From: an uncultured Planctomycetaceae bacterium
GTDB lineage: Bacteria > Planctomycetota > Planctomycetia > Isosphaerales > Isosphaeraceae
Assembly: GCA_963833985.1 (NCBI GenBank)
Contig: CAWIAD010000002.1
Coordinates: 3,232,001-3,296,000 of the forward strand
DNA: 64,000 nt
Direction of reading: 5' to 3'
Shown here: positions 1 through 10,997 of the stretch, one piece after another
Position numbering within the stretch: position 1 is the first letter of the stretch
Layout of the letters: every line of letters starts with the position of its first letter
The notes under the pieces: model-generated
The model's database searches: none
What the model was told of the DNA's origin: nothing
The model's input: only the letters and a program-made list of their open reading frames with translations
Made by a program: the position numbers and the translations under genes

Positions 1-1
1 G

Positions 2-853
2 CTCAGTCCGGAACTGGTGCGGGCGATGCAGCACCCGGCCGCATGCTCCTTCTGGTGGCTCGTCCCCGACGGCGCGATGTGGACGGCCTACGGGTTGTCG
101 ATGATTGTGCTCTTGCTCTTCACGCTCGGCCTCTGGACGAGGATCACGTCGGTCCTCTCGCTGCTGGTGGTGCTCTCCTTCGTCCACCGCGTCCCCCAGG
201 CCACCTTCGGGCTGGACCAGATCAACGCGATGCTGACCCTGTACCTGGCCATCGGACCAAGCGGCCAGGCGCTCTCGCTCGATCGGCTCTTCGCACGGCG
301 GAGACGGGGCCGGTCTGCGCTGCGTCCCGCGCCCAGCGCGGGGGCAAACCTGGCGCTGCGGCTGATCAACGTGCACATGTGCGTCATCTACTTCTTCGCC
401 GGGGTCACCAAGCTCCAGGGAGAGTCATGGTGGACCGGCGAGGCGATGTGGCGCGCCTTCGCGAACCTGGAGTACCAGTCGATCGACATGACCTGGATGG
501 CATGGCATCCCTGGCTGATGAACGTGGCCACGCACGTTTCGGTGCTCTGGGAGACTTTCTTCTGCGTGCTCATCTGGCGCCCGCGCTGGCGGCCCGTGAT
601 GCTAGCGGGAGCCCTGGTCGTGCATCTCGGTATCGGCGCCTGCCTGGGAATGTGGACTTTTGGCCTGATCATGCTTGTTGGCTGTGCCTCGTTCCTGCCC
701 CCGACAGCCGTTTCCGGCTGGCTCTCGGCGCTGCTGCCCGCCGCGCGGCCGCCCCGGGTACGCTCTAGCGCTTCGGCCCGTCTGGCACAGGCCGTTGTTC
801 CCTGGCCCGGTCATCCGCGCGTGACGGAGCCAGCGGAACCAGCCCGGTTCTGA
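2..853 (+). CDS. HTTM-domain (vitamin K-dependent carboxylase-like) membrane protein, 5'-truncated by the window edge
   Basis: Frame is open from the window start. Multiple TM segments; motifs 'GLDQI', 'LSLDR', 'IYFFAGVTKLQGESWWTGEA', 'HLGIGACLGMWTF' are typical of HTTM-like proteins. Confidence 0.75.
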   Translation, partial: LSPELVRAMQHPAACSFWWLVPDGAMWTAYGLSMIVLLLFTLGLWTRITSVLSLLVVLSFVHRVPQATFGLDQINAMLTLYLAIGPSGQALSLDRLFARRRRGRSALRPAPSAGANLALRLINVHMCVIYFFAGVTKLQGESWWTGEAMWRAFANLEYQSIDMTWMAWHPWLMNVATHVSVLWETFFCVLIWRPRWRPVMLAGALVVHLGIGACLGMWTFGLIMLVGCASFLPPTAVSGWLSALLPAARPPRVRSSASARLAQAVVPWPGHPRVTEPAEPARF

Positions 854-1018
854 TCGCCACGCTGGCCAGAAGACAAAGCGGCTGCCACGTCGTATGTTCT
901 TGCTAAACTAGACTTCTTGCAATACTCTGATGGAGTCGTACACCCACGCGCCAGGCTCCCCGCCTCGGATACGACGCGAACATTGCATGGCCCCGACGAG
1001 GCCGCCGGGGACTCGATC

Positions 1019-4000
1019 ATGCAGAGAACCAGTTCTGCTCTTGAGGAAAGACCCGGACTCGCTGTGGTGGCCGACAGAGCCCTGTGGTCGCTCGGGCCCG
1101 TTCTGGTTGTCGTCCCCACCCTGCGGCTCGGGGGATCGTCGCTGGGCGGGCTGGCCAATCCTGCGTGGCTCTGCGCGCTGGCGGTGGTGTTCGCCACGGT
1201 GCGCGGCGGTCTCGCGTCCGGGCTCTGCGCTGCGGCCGTGTCCGCGGCAGCCGTCGGGCTGGACATTGCCGGCGAGCACCCAGGTGTGGCCGTGTCCTGC
1301 GGAGACTGGTTGCCACGGCTGGCGCTTGCGTCGCTCTGGTTCTCTTCTCTGGTCCTGGCCGTGGCGGCGGGCCGCTTCGGCCGTATGTCGGGTCGCGGGA
1401 AGGACGCATCTCGCCTGCGGCTGCTGCTGGAGCAATCGCGTGACGGCATCGTCGTGCTTGACAGCCGTGGGCAGGTCTGCGATGTGAACCGCCGGTTTGC
1501 CGAGATGCTGGGCTACACCGCCGAGGAGCTCGGGCGGCTCCATGTCTGGGATTTCGACGCGCTGCTGGACCGGTCGCAGATCGAGGCCAGGTTGAATGGC
1601 AGGGGTCGGGACGGCGACCTCTTCCACACGCGCCATCGCCGCAAGGACGGCACCGAGTACGACGCCGAGGTGAGCGCCAGTGCCGCGTACGACGGAGGCC
1701 GAAGACTGATCCTCTGCGTTTGCAGGGACATCTCGTGGCGGATCGAGGCTGAGCGGTCGCTGCGTGACGGTGAAGCCCGGTACCGGGCCCTCATGGAGAC
1801 CACGCCCGACGGCTTTTACGTCACGGATCCCATGGGCCGGTTCCTCGAGGTGAATGACGCCTATGTGCGGCTTTCCGGCTATTCGCACGAGGAGCTGCGG
1901 TCGATGCGGATCAGCGACGTCGACTTTCGCGAGAGCGCTGAAGAGACCGAGCGGCACAGATCCCGCATCCGGGAGAGCGGCTACGATTGCTTCGAAAGCC
2001 TGCACCGGGCGCGCGACGGCAGGCTCTGGGCAGTGGAATGCAACGTGTCCTACTGGCCGGGAAAGGGCGGTATTTTCTTCACGTTTCTCCGCGACATCAC
2101 CCAGCGTAACGCGTTACAGACCGAGCTGCGCCGCTGGGCCGATGCGTTCGAGAGCTGTGCACACGGCATCGCGCTGGGCGACCCCGAGACAAGCCGGATC
2201 CTGGCCTGCAACTCCGCCTACGCGCGGCTACAGGGGCGGAAGTCTGGCGACCTGACCGGCGCCGACATCCTCTCGCTCTACGCGCCTGCCGACCTCGAGT
2301 GGGTGAAGACCAGGATCGAGGAGTCCGACCGGGTTGGGCAGGTGGCGTACGAGGCCCGTCTGCTTCACTGTGACGGATCATTGATCCCCGTGCAGATCGA
2401 TCTGGTGAGCGTGCGTGACGACCGCGGCCGGCTGCTGCACCGCGTGGCCACCGTCCAGGACATCCGCGAGCGGAAGCGTGCCCAGCAGAGGCTGCTCGAC
2501 AGCGAGCTGCGACTGCGCAAGCTGGGAGACAACCTCCCCGATAGTTGCCTTTACCAGTACATGCGCTGTCCCGACGGGACAGCTCGGTTCGTTTACATGA
2601 GCGCAGGTGCGGAACGCGTGACGGGAGTCAAGATTGAGGATGCGATGCGCGACGCCCAGCTGCTGTTCGGGCTCGTCGAGCCGGAATCCTTGCCGGCGCT
2701 CCTCGAAGGCGAAGCCGTGTCTGCCCGTGACCTCTCTATCTTCGATATGGAGCTGCCGATCCGCCGTGCCGACGGCCAGCACCGCTGGGTGCGCCTGCGC
2801 TCGCAACCCCGCAGTCTGCCTGGCGGCGAGACGCTCTGGGATGGCGTGCTCATGGACATCACGGAGCTGAAGCTGGCCGAAGCTGAGATCCGCGGCTTGA
2901 ATGCGTCCCTGGAGCGAATGGTTGCGGAGCGCACGGCCGAGGTGGACTCGATGCTCGCCAACGCGACGGTCGGCCTGGCGTTCGCCAACCGGAAGTACGA
3001 ATGCATCCGGATCAACCAGTACCTCGCCGACATCGACGGCATTCCCGTCGAGCAGCACATCGGCCGAAAACTGTGCGAGCTCTTGCCCCATGCCAGCAGC
3101 TTCATCGAGAGCGATCTGGAAAGGGTCTTTGAAACCGGCCGTCCCATCTCGGGGCGAGAACTCGCTCTACAGAACCCGGTCCGGCCCTGGGAGACCCGCT
3201 ACCTGGTCCTCGGGCATTTTCCGGTCTTGCACGCGGACGGCTCGGTGCGCTCGGTCGGCACCTCGGTCACCGACGTCACGACACGGATCCGCTCCGAGAA
3301 GACGCAGGCCGAATTGAACCGCACGCTTCAGGCCGAGATCACGCAGCGAGCAGAGCTGGAAGCCCGGATCCGTATGCTGGCGACGGTCTTCGAGGCCACG
3401 TCCGACTTCGTCGGCATCGCCGATCCTTCCCATCGCGTCATCTACCTGAACCGGGCGTTCAGCGAGGCCCTCGGTCGCTGGCATGATCGCGAGCAGCTGA
3501 CGGTCTCCGACTGTCATCCCCAGGCATCCTTGCAAACGATCGAGAGCGAGGCACTGCCCGCGGCTGAACGGGGCGAGGTCTGGTGTGGCGAGACCCAGTT
3601 CCAGTACCTCGACGGACGCGTGATTCCAATGTCTCAGATCGTCCTGGCGCATCGCGACGAGGATGGCGCGCTCCAATTCTATGCCACGATCATGCGCGAC
3701 ATTTCCGGGCGGAGGCAGATGGAAGGCATGCTTCGCCGCCATTCCGAGGAACTCCTCGAGGCCAATTGCCTGCTCGCCAGGGCCTCCCGCCTGAAGGACG
3801 AGTTCCTGGCCAGCATGAGCCACGAGCTGCGCACCCCGCTCAACGGCATCCTGGCGCTCTCGCAGAGCTTGCTCGACGAGGTCTACGGGCCGATCGACCC
3901 CAGGCAGCGCCGGGCGATGCTCGATGTCGAGGACTGCGGGCGGCACTTGCTCGCCCTCATCAACGACATCCTCGACGTTGCAAAAATCGAGGCCGGTAAG

Positions 4001-4954
4001 ATCGAGCTCCACACCGGGGCGCTGGACGTCGGCGAGGTGGTCCAGGCGTCACTCCGCCTGGTGAAAGAGGCGGCGATCCGCAAGCGCATCTCCATCTCGT
4101 TCTCCCTTGACGGCGCACCCGGCAGGCTGCTGGCCGATCAGCTCCGGGTCAAGCAGGTCCTCGTGAATCTCCTTTCCAACGCCGTGAAGTTCACGAACGA
4201 AAGCGGCAAGGTCGGCATCGACGTGACGGGCGACCCGTCGCGCAAGGAAGTGCGGTTCACGGTTTGGGACACCGGCATCGGCATCAGCCGGGAGGACCAG
4301 GGACGTCTCTTCCAGCCCTTCATCCAGCTCGATTCGGGTCTCGCTCGGAAATACGAGGGCACCGGGCTGGGACTGGTCCTCGTGAAGCGGCTCACCGAGC
4401 TGCACGGCGGCCGGCTGGAGCTCGAAAGCGAGCCGGGCAAGGGGAGTCGGTTCACGGTCGTCATCCCCTGGGTCGAGTACGGCGCCCAGGCACTCTCTGC
4501 CGATCGAAACCTGCCGCCTGAAACGGCGGGCAAGCCGGCGCAGATCGCGACTCCAGACCCACCCGCGGGCCCCGCGGCCCCGCTCATCCTGATCGTGGAC
4601 GACCACCCCCTCAGCGCCCGCAGCCTGAAAGACTACCTGGCCTTCAAGGGCTGCCGGGTCGAGCTTGCCGGCGACGGCGGCGAAGCGCTCCGCCTGGCCG
4701 GGCTGATTCACCCGGACCTGATCATCATGGACGTTCAGATGCCAGGAATGGACGGACTGGAAGCCATCCGGCGGCTGCGCGCCTTGCCCGATATGAAAGC
4801 CACTCCCATCATCGCGCTCACCGCACTGGCGATGCCCGGCGATCGCGACCGTACCATGGAAGCGGGCGCCACCGAATACGTCAGCAAGCCAGCCCGCCTG
4901 GAACAGCTGCACAAGCTGATCCGCTCGCTCCTGCAAAGGGGCGGCTCGTCCTGA
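1019..4954 (+). CDS. Hybrid sensor histidine kinase/response regulator with an N-terminal membrane region and about six PAS domains
   Basis: PAS/PAC repeats ending RDIS/RDIT/QDIR/MDIT/TDVT/RDIS; H-box 'FLASMSHELRTPLNGI'; N-box 'NLLSNAVKFT'; G boxes 'DTGIGI', 'GTGLGL'; C-terminal receiver 'LIVDD...IMDVQMPGMDG...SKP'. Start uncertain (ORF opens at 917). Confidence 0.95.
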   Translation: MQRTSSALEERPGLAVVADRALWSLGPVLVVVPTLRLGGSSLGGLANPAWLCALAVVFATVRGGLASGLCAAAVSAAAVGLDIAGEHPGVAVSCGDWLPRLALASLWFSSLVLAVAAGRFGRMSGRGKDASRLRLLLEQSRDGIVVLDSRGQVCDVNRRFAEMLGYTAEELGRLHVWDFDALLDRSQIEARLNGRGRDGDLFHTRHRRKDGTEYDAEVSASAAYDGGRRLILCVCRDISWRIEAERSLRDGEARYRALMETTPDGFYVTDPMGRFLEVNDAYVRLSGYSHEELRSMRISDVDFRESAEETERHRSRIRESGYDCFESLHRARDGRLWAVECNVSYWPGKGGIFFTFLRDITQRNALQTELRRWADAFESCAHGIALGDPETSRILACNSAYARLQGRKSGDLTGADILSLYAPADLEWVKTRIEESDRVGQVAYEARLLHCDGSLIPVQIDLVSVRDDRGRLLHRVATVQDIRERKRAQQRLLDSELRLRKLGDNLPDSCLYQYMRCPDGTARFVYMSAGAERVTGVKIEDAMRDAQLLFGLVEPESLPALLEGEAVSARDLSIFDMELPIRRADGQHRWVRLRSQPRSLPGGETLWDGVLMDITELKLAEAEIRGLNASLERMVAERTAEVDSMLANATVGLAFANRKYECIRINQYLADIDGIPVEQHIGRKLCELLPHASSFIESDLERVFETGRPISGRELALQNPVRPWETRYLVLGHFPVLHADGSVRSVGTSVTDVTTRIRSEKTQAELNRTLQAEITQRAELEARIRMLATVFEATSDFVGIADPSHRVIYLNRAFSEALGRWHDREQLTVSDCHPQASLQTIESEALPAAERGEVWCGETQFQYLDGRVIPMSQIVLAHRDEDGALQFYATIMRDISGRRQMEGMLRRHSEELLEANCLLARASRLKDEFLASMSHELRTPLNGILALSQSLLDEVYGPIDPRQRRAMLDVEDCGRHLLALINDILDVAKIEAGKIELHTGALDVGEVVQASLRLVKEAAIRKRISISFSLDGAPGRLLADQLRVKQVLVNLLSNAVKFTNESGKVGIDVTGDPSRKEVRFTVWDTGIGISREDQGRLFQPFIQLDSGLARKYEGTGLGLVLVKRLTELHGGRLELESEPGKGSRFTVVIPWVEYGAQALSADRNLPPETAGKPAQIATPDPPAGPAAPLILIVDDHPLSARSLKDYLAFKGCRVELAGDGGEALRLAGLIHPDLIIMDVQMPGMDGLEAIRRLRALPDMKATPIIALTALAMPGDRDRTMEAGATEYVSKPARLEQLHKLIRSLLQRGGSS

Positions 4955-5235
4955 AAGCGATGCACTACTTCAATGCGCTGCGCCACGGCTTGCAAGCGGA
5001 ACTGGCGGTCCGGACTCGCTTGCACGCCGCCGCCCCCTCTTCCCGCCGGGCATTCGGAAAGGCGATCCTTGGCCCGGGAGCGCTGAGGGTGACCACCTGG
5101 GCTTGAAAATCTGGCTGGATCGCGGACGTCGACCGGGCATGGGACGAGGCTCGTGCGAAGCCAGTCATTGATCGGGAAACCGGTACAATCCCGGGCGCGC
5201 ATGTCCTTTTCTCTCGCCGATCGCGGAGAGCCCGT

Positions 5236-7551
5236 TCACGGTGAGTCATTGCCGGCGCCCGCTGCTGCCCGCGCGGCGGGCCGGGCCAGCAGGCGGCACG
5301 ACTCGTCGAGCAGGAAGTCGACATCCATGAACGGCTCGTGCCCGATGTCCCACCAGCGGACGAGACCACTCCCGTCGATCAGGAACGTGCCGTGCAACGG
5401 CTGTGAGGAGACCAGGTCGAAAAGATGATATCTCCTGAACACGGAGAGCGCCTGATCGGAGAGGAGGGGGAACGGGAATGCCTCATCGCCGTAATCCTTC
5501 ATGGATTTCTGGAGCTTCTCACGGCCGTCGGTGCTCACGCCAATCAGAGCGATGCCGGCGGCGGCGAAGTCCCGGGTGCGCGGCGCAATCGCCTCGAGCT
5601 GCTGGACGCAGTGCAGGCAGCCGACGCCCAGGTAGAAGATCACGACAACCGGGCGCCCGCGATAGGAGGAGAGTGAGAGCCGCTTTCCCGTGCCGTCTTC
5701 CAGCGTCCAGTCCGGGGCCTGGGCAGGCTGCCAGCGGGCCGGGCCTAGCGCGTCAAGCTCGGGCCGGTTCTGGGTGTCCGACGGCCGCGGCGTGCGCAGA
5801 CGCCAGTCCGCCGGGTAGCCAAGGGCGCTGGCAATCGGAGCAAGCCGCTTGAACGGGGGAGCGTCCAGGTCGGCCTGCCCGGACTTCTCACGCAGCGCGG
5901 CGAACGCTTGCTCGGCGTCCTGAAGGCGTCCCAGCCGCCAGCGTAGTTCCACCAGAAGAGCGCGGGGCAGGGGATTGCCCGGCTGCCGCGCGATCAGTTC
6001 CATGAGTGCGTTCTCCGCTGCCTCGTTCTGACCAGCCCGGATTTGCGTCCGGGCCAGATCGGCCGGATCGAGGTCTCCGGCCTGGACGAGCAGCCGCATT
6101 CCTCGATCGACCTCACCGCCGGCGATGGCGTCGCGGCCTTCCAGCTCCGCGCAGGCCGCACGCACGGCACGTGCAGCTACCGCGAAGCGAGTGCGGATTC
6201 CGGGCTGATCGGAGTTCGCGGCCCTGGCAAGCTCGACTCGCTCCAGCTCGGGTAGCTTGCTCATCATTCCGGACAGCCAGGCCAGTGCGGCGCGCCCGCC
6301 GTGACAGTCTCCCGTGGCGAAACGAGCCCTTCCCAGGTAGCGTACCTCGAGCCACTCGCCGGGCCGACCGGCGGCCGGCGTGGTTGCCGGCAATCGGCTT
6401 GTCGCCCTCAGGTCGTCCCACAACTCGTAGCGGCTGAGCGACTCGAAACGCAGCCGGGTTCCACGCGTGCTGCAAGCGGGCCGTTGCTCGGTGTCGAAGA
6501 GCGGGTGCCGGGGCATCGCGATCATTGCCTCGGCCTCCTCGATCGCCTGTCGCACGCGTCCGGCTTCCAGCAGGCTCCGCACCAGGCACTCGCTGTTGTG
6601 CGCGTATCCGGGAGCCTGATCGGGAAGCAGCCCGTTGCGCTCCTGGTAAGCGTGGTAGGCCCGCGCCGCCGCTTGCAGGTGCCAGATCGCATCGTCCTGA
6701 CGGCCGAGGCCGGCGTAAAGGTGGCTGGGGAGATGCCAGAGCGGAGGGATCGAAGGTGACACGAGCCCGCAGCGCGCCGCGGAATCGAGCGCCAGTTCAG
6801 GCTGCTCGTCGCACCACAGGAGGACCCGCTCCAGGTGGCTGGGATGCCCGGGGACGCTCTGGATCGTGAGGCGGAGCAGGGCGTCGGCGGCCGCCAGGCT
6901 GCTCCCTTCCCGACCTTCGGAATGGTCGGCCGCAAGCTGGTGGGCGAGGAACAGGCGGGCCGATGCGTCGGCGGGATCATCACGCACGATACGATCAAGC
7001 GCGCGGGCATAGGTGCTGCGCCGCTCCGGGTCGCGCCGCGAGCCGGCATCAAGAAATGCCGCCAGCGCGTCAATATACATGCCCTCATGAGATCGTACTG
7101 TGCGGACGGATGTCTTGATGGCCACGGCCGCGTCAATGAACTTCCGGGCGCGCGGCTCGTCGTCAAGGTTCGCCATGGCCATGCCCCAGCAGGCTGCCGC
7201 GCAGCGCGGGTCCAGAATCGCGGCCTCGCGGAAGCAGCGTTCGGCCTCCTTGAGCCAGCAGGCGTGCAATTGCATCACGCCCAGGTTCATCAGCGCCTGA
7301 GCGCGCGGGCTGGTCGTGCGAACCGGAAACGTGACGACGCAATCGGTGCTCGCTGTGACGGAAAGGTCAGCGGCAAGCTCGCCGGGCCATGCTCCCAGTT
7401 CGCACCTGCCGGTCCACGATCCTGGATGCGCGGCGGAGACAGGGTCCCCTGAGCGGATGGTGGGGCGGTCCTGCTCATCGGCCCGCAGCAAAACTGAAGC
7501 TGTAAGCAGCAGAGCCGGTACACAAGCAAGCACTTTATCCACCTGTCTCAT
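5236..7551 (-). CDS. Secreted TPR-like protein with a C-terminal peroxiredoxin-like/redoxin domain
   Basis: Signal-like N-terminus; helical repeats ('AERCFREAAILDPRCAAACWGMAMAN'); C-terminal thioredoxin fold 'APDWTL...LSSYRGRPVVVIFYLGVGCLHCVQQL...PFPLLSD...HGTFLIDGSGLVRW'. Confidence 0.8.
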   Translation of the reverse strand: MRQVDKVLACVPALLLTASVLLRADEQDRPTIRSGDPVSAAHPGSWTGRCELGAWPGELAADLSVTASTDCVVTFPVRTTSPRAQALMNLGVMQLHACWLKEAERCFREAAILDPRCAAACWGMAMANLDDEPRARKFIDAAVAIKTSVRTVRSHEGMYIDALAAFLDAGSRRDPERRSTYARALDRIVRDDPADASARLFLAHQLAADHSEGREGSSLAAADALLRLTIQSVPGHPSHLERVLLWCDEQPELALDSAARCGLVSPSIPPLWHLPSHLYAGLGRQDDAIWHLQAAARAYHAYQERNGLLPDQAPGYAHNSECLVRSLLEAGRVRQAIEEAEAMIAMPRHPLFDTEQRPACSTRGTRLRFESLSRYELWDDLRATSRLPATTPAAGRPGEWLEVRYLGRARFATGDCHGGRAALAWLSGMMSKLPELERVELARAANSDQPGIRTRFAVAARAVRAACAELEGRDAIAGGEVDRGMRLLVQAGDLDPADLARTQIRAGQNEAAENALMELIARQPGNPLPRALLVELRWRLGRLQDAEQAFAALREKSGQADLDAPPFKRLAPIASALGYPADWRLRTPRPSDTQNRPELDALGPARWQPAQAPDWTLEDGTGKRLSLSSYRGRPVVVIFYLGVGCLHCVQQLEAIAPRTRDFAAAGIALIGVSTDGREKLQKSMKDYGDEAFPFPLLSDQALSVFRRYHLFDLVSSQPLHGTFLIDGSGLVRWWDIGHEPFMDVDFLLDESCRLLARPAARAAAGAGNDSP

Positions 7552-7884
7552 TGCGCACGCGCCTCCGTGGTTCGGAGCAGGGGCCGGGCCAGGAACGCGT
7601 TCAAGGCCCCCGGGGAGACTATCTCGTATTAACGAGACTTAATATTTTTAGCGGTGCGGGGAGGAACGAAGTAGCCCGTGTGCGCGGAATAGACCGCACA
7701 CTCCACACAGAACGATCGGCCTGGTGGCAATGTTGACTTCAGATGTTTGGAGTCTTCACCTGCTATTCCGAAAACAAGTAACAACTCCGGAAGTTACCGT
7801 CCCGAGCACGGGGCGAGACCCCTGACTTTCCATCACCCGAGAACAGCGCCGCGCTCGCCGAGCAACTCACATTCAGAGGAGACC

Positions 7885-8472
7885 ATGGATATGACTATTG
7901 GCCGGTCGTTGCGGATCGCCGTGGCGGCATTGCTCGCCATCGTCCTGATGATGGCGGTCGGCAGCCGCCCCGCGCAGGCCGCCAACGAGAACCACCCTTA
8001 CGGCGTGCTCCCCTATGGCTTCGCCTACCCGACCGATGCTCACATCTGGGCCGCCCTGAACATCGTCTATCACTATGACATGCTCTACACGTTCAACTGG
8101 GGACCTCACGGTCCGGGTTATTACGGCTGTGGACCAGGCTGCCAGGGACCTTACGGTTACAGCGGCTGCTGCGGATTGACTCCACCGCACTACAACGCCA
8201 TCGCGCCGGCCAGCTTCGTCAAGCCGTATAGCGAGACGGCAGGCCTCAGCTACTACAACTTCACTCCCGTCGCGTACCAGCCAATTCCGGGATGGGACAT
8301 TCCCGAGTACCCCCCGGGCGTCTGGCAGCACCCCAGCGGCTACACGTCGATGCACGGCTTCCGCCCCTACACGAAGCGCACGACCACTCCGGGAGGAATC
8401 TGGTACGCGGGTAGAGAGATGGAGATGAACTTCTGGGCGAGCGGGCCAACTTACCCCAGCCAGCGGCCCTGA
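7885..8472 (+). CDS. Secreted Tyr/Gly/Pro-rich hypothetical protein
   Basis: RBS 'gaggag' before ATG 7885; signal peptide ending 'PAQA'; about 20 Tyr and a 'GYYGCGPGCQGPYGYSGCCG' segment. Confidence 0.75.
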   Translation: MDMTIGRSLRIAVAALLAIVLMMAVGSRPAQAANENHPYGVLPYGFAYPTDAHIWAALNIVYHYDMLYTFNWGPHGPGYYGCGPGCQGPYGYSGCCGLTPPHYNAIAPASFVKPYSETAGLSYYNFTPVAYQPIPGWDIPEYPPGVWQHPSGYTSMHGFRPYTKRTTTPGGIWYAGREMEMNFWASGPTYPSQRP

Positions 8473-8808
8473 CCCCTGGCGTGGAGCTTACGCGCTGGAG
8501 CCGTGCCGGGCCGGAGAACCGGGACGATCCGTGGCAACAACCTGTGGAACACGGGTCCGGATCGACGGCAGGAGTAAACCGATACGCGGGTCGGGCGGGA
8601 GGGGCGGGACGCCTGCCTGAGGGAGTGCAATGATCCATCCCGCCTCGCGTCGCCGGATCTCCGCTCAACCTCGGGCACTGCATCCGCCGCGGCTGGTTGA
8701 GTGCGTGCCTTCCTGGACCATGCCCGTAACTGCCAGGGCCGAACGGGGAGCCTCGCTCTCGACCGCCGATCTCGGATGGCGGACCGCAAACACACGGAAG
8801 AAAATGCC

Positions 8809-10985
8809 ATGAGACTCAGTTCGATCCGATCCCTCAGTCCCGCCCGGCGCCCCGGTCCAGCACGGTTGCGGCCCTGCGCGGAATCTCTCGAGGCCCGCAC
8901 GCTGCTCTCGGCCGACCTCCAGATCTCGGAGTCCGCCCTGCCACTCACGGTCCAGGTTGGCCAGCCGGTGCAGCTCTCGATCACCGTGTCAAACACCGGG
9001 CTCAATCCCGCAAGCGCGGTGACCGTGGTCGACGCACTGCCGGAGAACTTCCGGTTCGTCACGTCCACTCCTCCCAGCGGGATCTTCGACCCGAACGCGC
9101 ACGTCGTCTATTTCAATCTCGGCCAGCTCAACGCGGGCCAGAGCCAGACGCTGAACCTCAGCGTGGTTCCCACGCAGGTGGGTGCCTGGTCGGACTGGTC
9201 CAGCGTCTACACCACCACGCCGGGCGGGGGCACGGCCAATACCGGCACGCGCATCACCGCCTTGCCGAACATGCCTGATCAGGCCGACGTCGGCGTGAAC
9301 GTCACCGGCTATCCAACCCCAACCATGCCCGGCAGCCCGGTCACCTACAACTTCGATGTCAGCAACTACGGCCCGAACACGGCCACCGGCGTGGTGGTCA
9401 CCGATGCGCTGCCGCAGTCCTTCACCTATATGTCCTCGAGTCCTGGCGGCACCTACAACGCGGCGAACAACACCGTGACATTCCAGCTCGGTAGCCTGAC
9501 CAACTTGCAGGACATCCCGTTGCAGGTGACGGGCGTTCCTCAGTACGCCGGCGACTACACCAACTGGGTGGACATCCGCTCGCAGCTGCCTGACCCGGTG
9601 GAGTCGAACAACGACGCCAGCATCACGACCTTGGTCCACGGCACGCCCACCACCGGCATCGCCGACGTTGCCGTCTATCAGAACGTCAAGAACACGCCGA
9701 ACTCGGTGGCGCAAGCAACACGTACAATGTGCATGTTCAGAACCTTGGCCCGGGCCCCGCGACCAATGTGGTGGCCATCGACTACCTGCCCGCCGGCGTG
9801 ACATACAACTCGTCGAACGTGCCGGGCACGTATGACCCGGCTACTCGCTCCGTGACGTACCAACTGGGAACGATGGCTTCGGGGGCCAGCCAGGACGTCA
9901 CCATCATGGTAACCGGCGCCGCGACCGGCACGTGGGACAATCGCGTCCAGGTCCGCGCTCTCCAGCAGGACGCCAGCCCCACGTATTACGAAGGAACCGA
10001 GGCGGGCAACGGGCAAGAGAACGGACCGAGCGCCGACGAGAGCAATGTGATGAACGGCCCTGACGACGATGCGGTGCTGAATAACCTGACGTCGTCGCCT
10101 TATGCCATCCTGCCGGCCCCGGCACCCCCCAATACCGACATTGAGATCGCCACAACCGTCTCACCCGTCGGGCCAGTGGTCCAGGGAACCCCGGTGACCT
10201 ACACCTTCACCATCAGCAATAACGGCCCGGCCACGGCGCCCAACGTCATCGTCACTGATCAGCTTGCTTCCAGCGTGCTGTACCAGACCTCGAGCCCGGC
10301 CGGCACGCTGCTGCCCACGCTCGGCATCGTGTACTTCAACCTGGGCAGCCTGGCGGCGATGGGCACAGACACCGTCACCGTCACCGTCACGCCGGTCGCG
10401 ACCGGTGACGTCAACAATGTGGCGATTGTCAGGCCGGGCATCACCGACAGCACGCCGCCGAATAATATCGTCACGAACGATCTATCGGTCATCCCGGCGC
10501 CTCAGGTCCAGAGCACGGTCTGGTACGGTATCCACCAGCAGCCCACCACGCTGGCCGTGACCTACAACCAGCCGATGGATCCGACCTCGGCCGGAACCCT
10601 GAGCAACTACACGCTCGTGCAGATTGGACGATCCGGACGGCTCAACGCCCCGGGCAATCGCACAATCCCGCTGAGATCGGTAACTTACCTCGCGTCCCAG
10701 CAAGCCGTGCTCATCAACCCGGCCATGCACCTGAACAAGCGCCAGCGATACGCACTCCTGATCAACGGCTCTCAGCCCGGCGGCGTGCGGAACATCCTCA
10801 ATGTGCCTCTGCTCGACAACCAGACGTTCACGCTCGGCGGGCAGTACGTGCAGGGCATCAACCGGTTTTATTCCGGAAACCTCGTTTCCGAGGTCCCCGG
10901 CAGCCCATTCACGCCGCCTCCGCAACCGCCGGCCCTGCCTTCCCAGCACCTGCGGCTGGCGGCACGGCACCCACGGCGTGGCTGA
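8809..10985 (+). CDS. DUF11 (OmcB-like Ig repeat) extracellular protein with a planctomycete export motif; frameshift near 9715
   Basis: 'RLRPCAESLEARTLLS' motif; four DUF11-like repeats ('VSNTGLNPASAVTVVDALP', 'VSNYGPNTATGVVVTDALP', 'VQNLGPGPATNVVAIDYLP', 'ISNNGPATAPNVIVTDQL'). The third repeat is split between ORFs 8701-9801 and 9729-10985. Confidence 0.8.
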
Positions 10986-10997
10986 GCCAATGGTTCC

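Noticed and set aside
9700..9730. Programmed ribosomal frameshift in the DUF11 gene
   Set aside because: No slippery heptamer is evident, and similar breaks occur across unrelated genes in the window.
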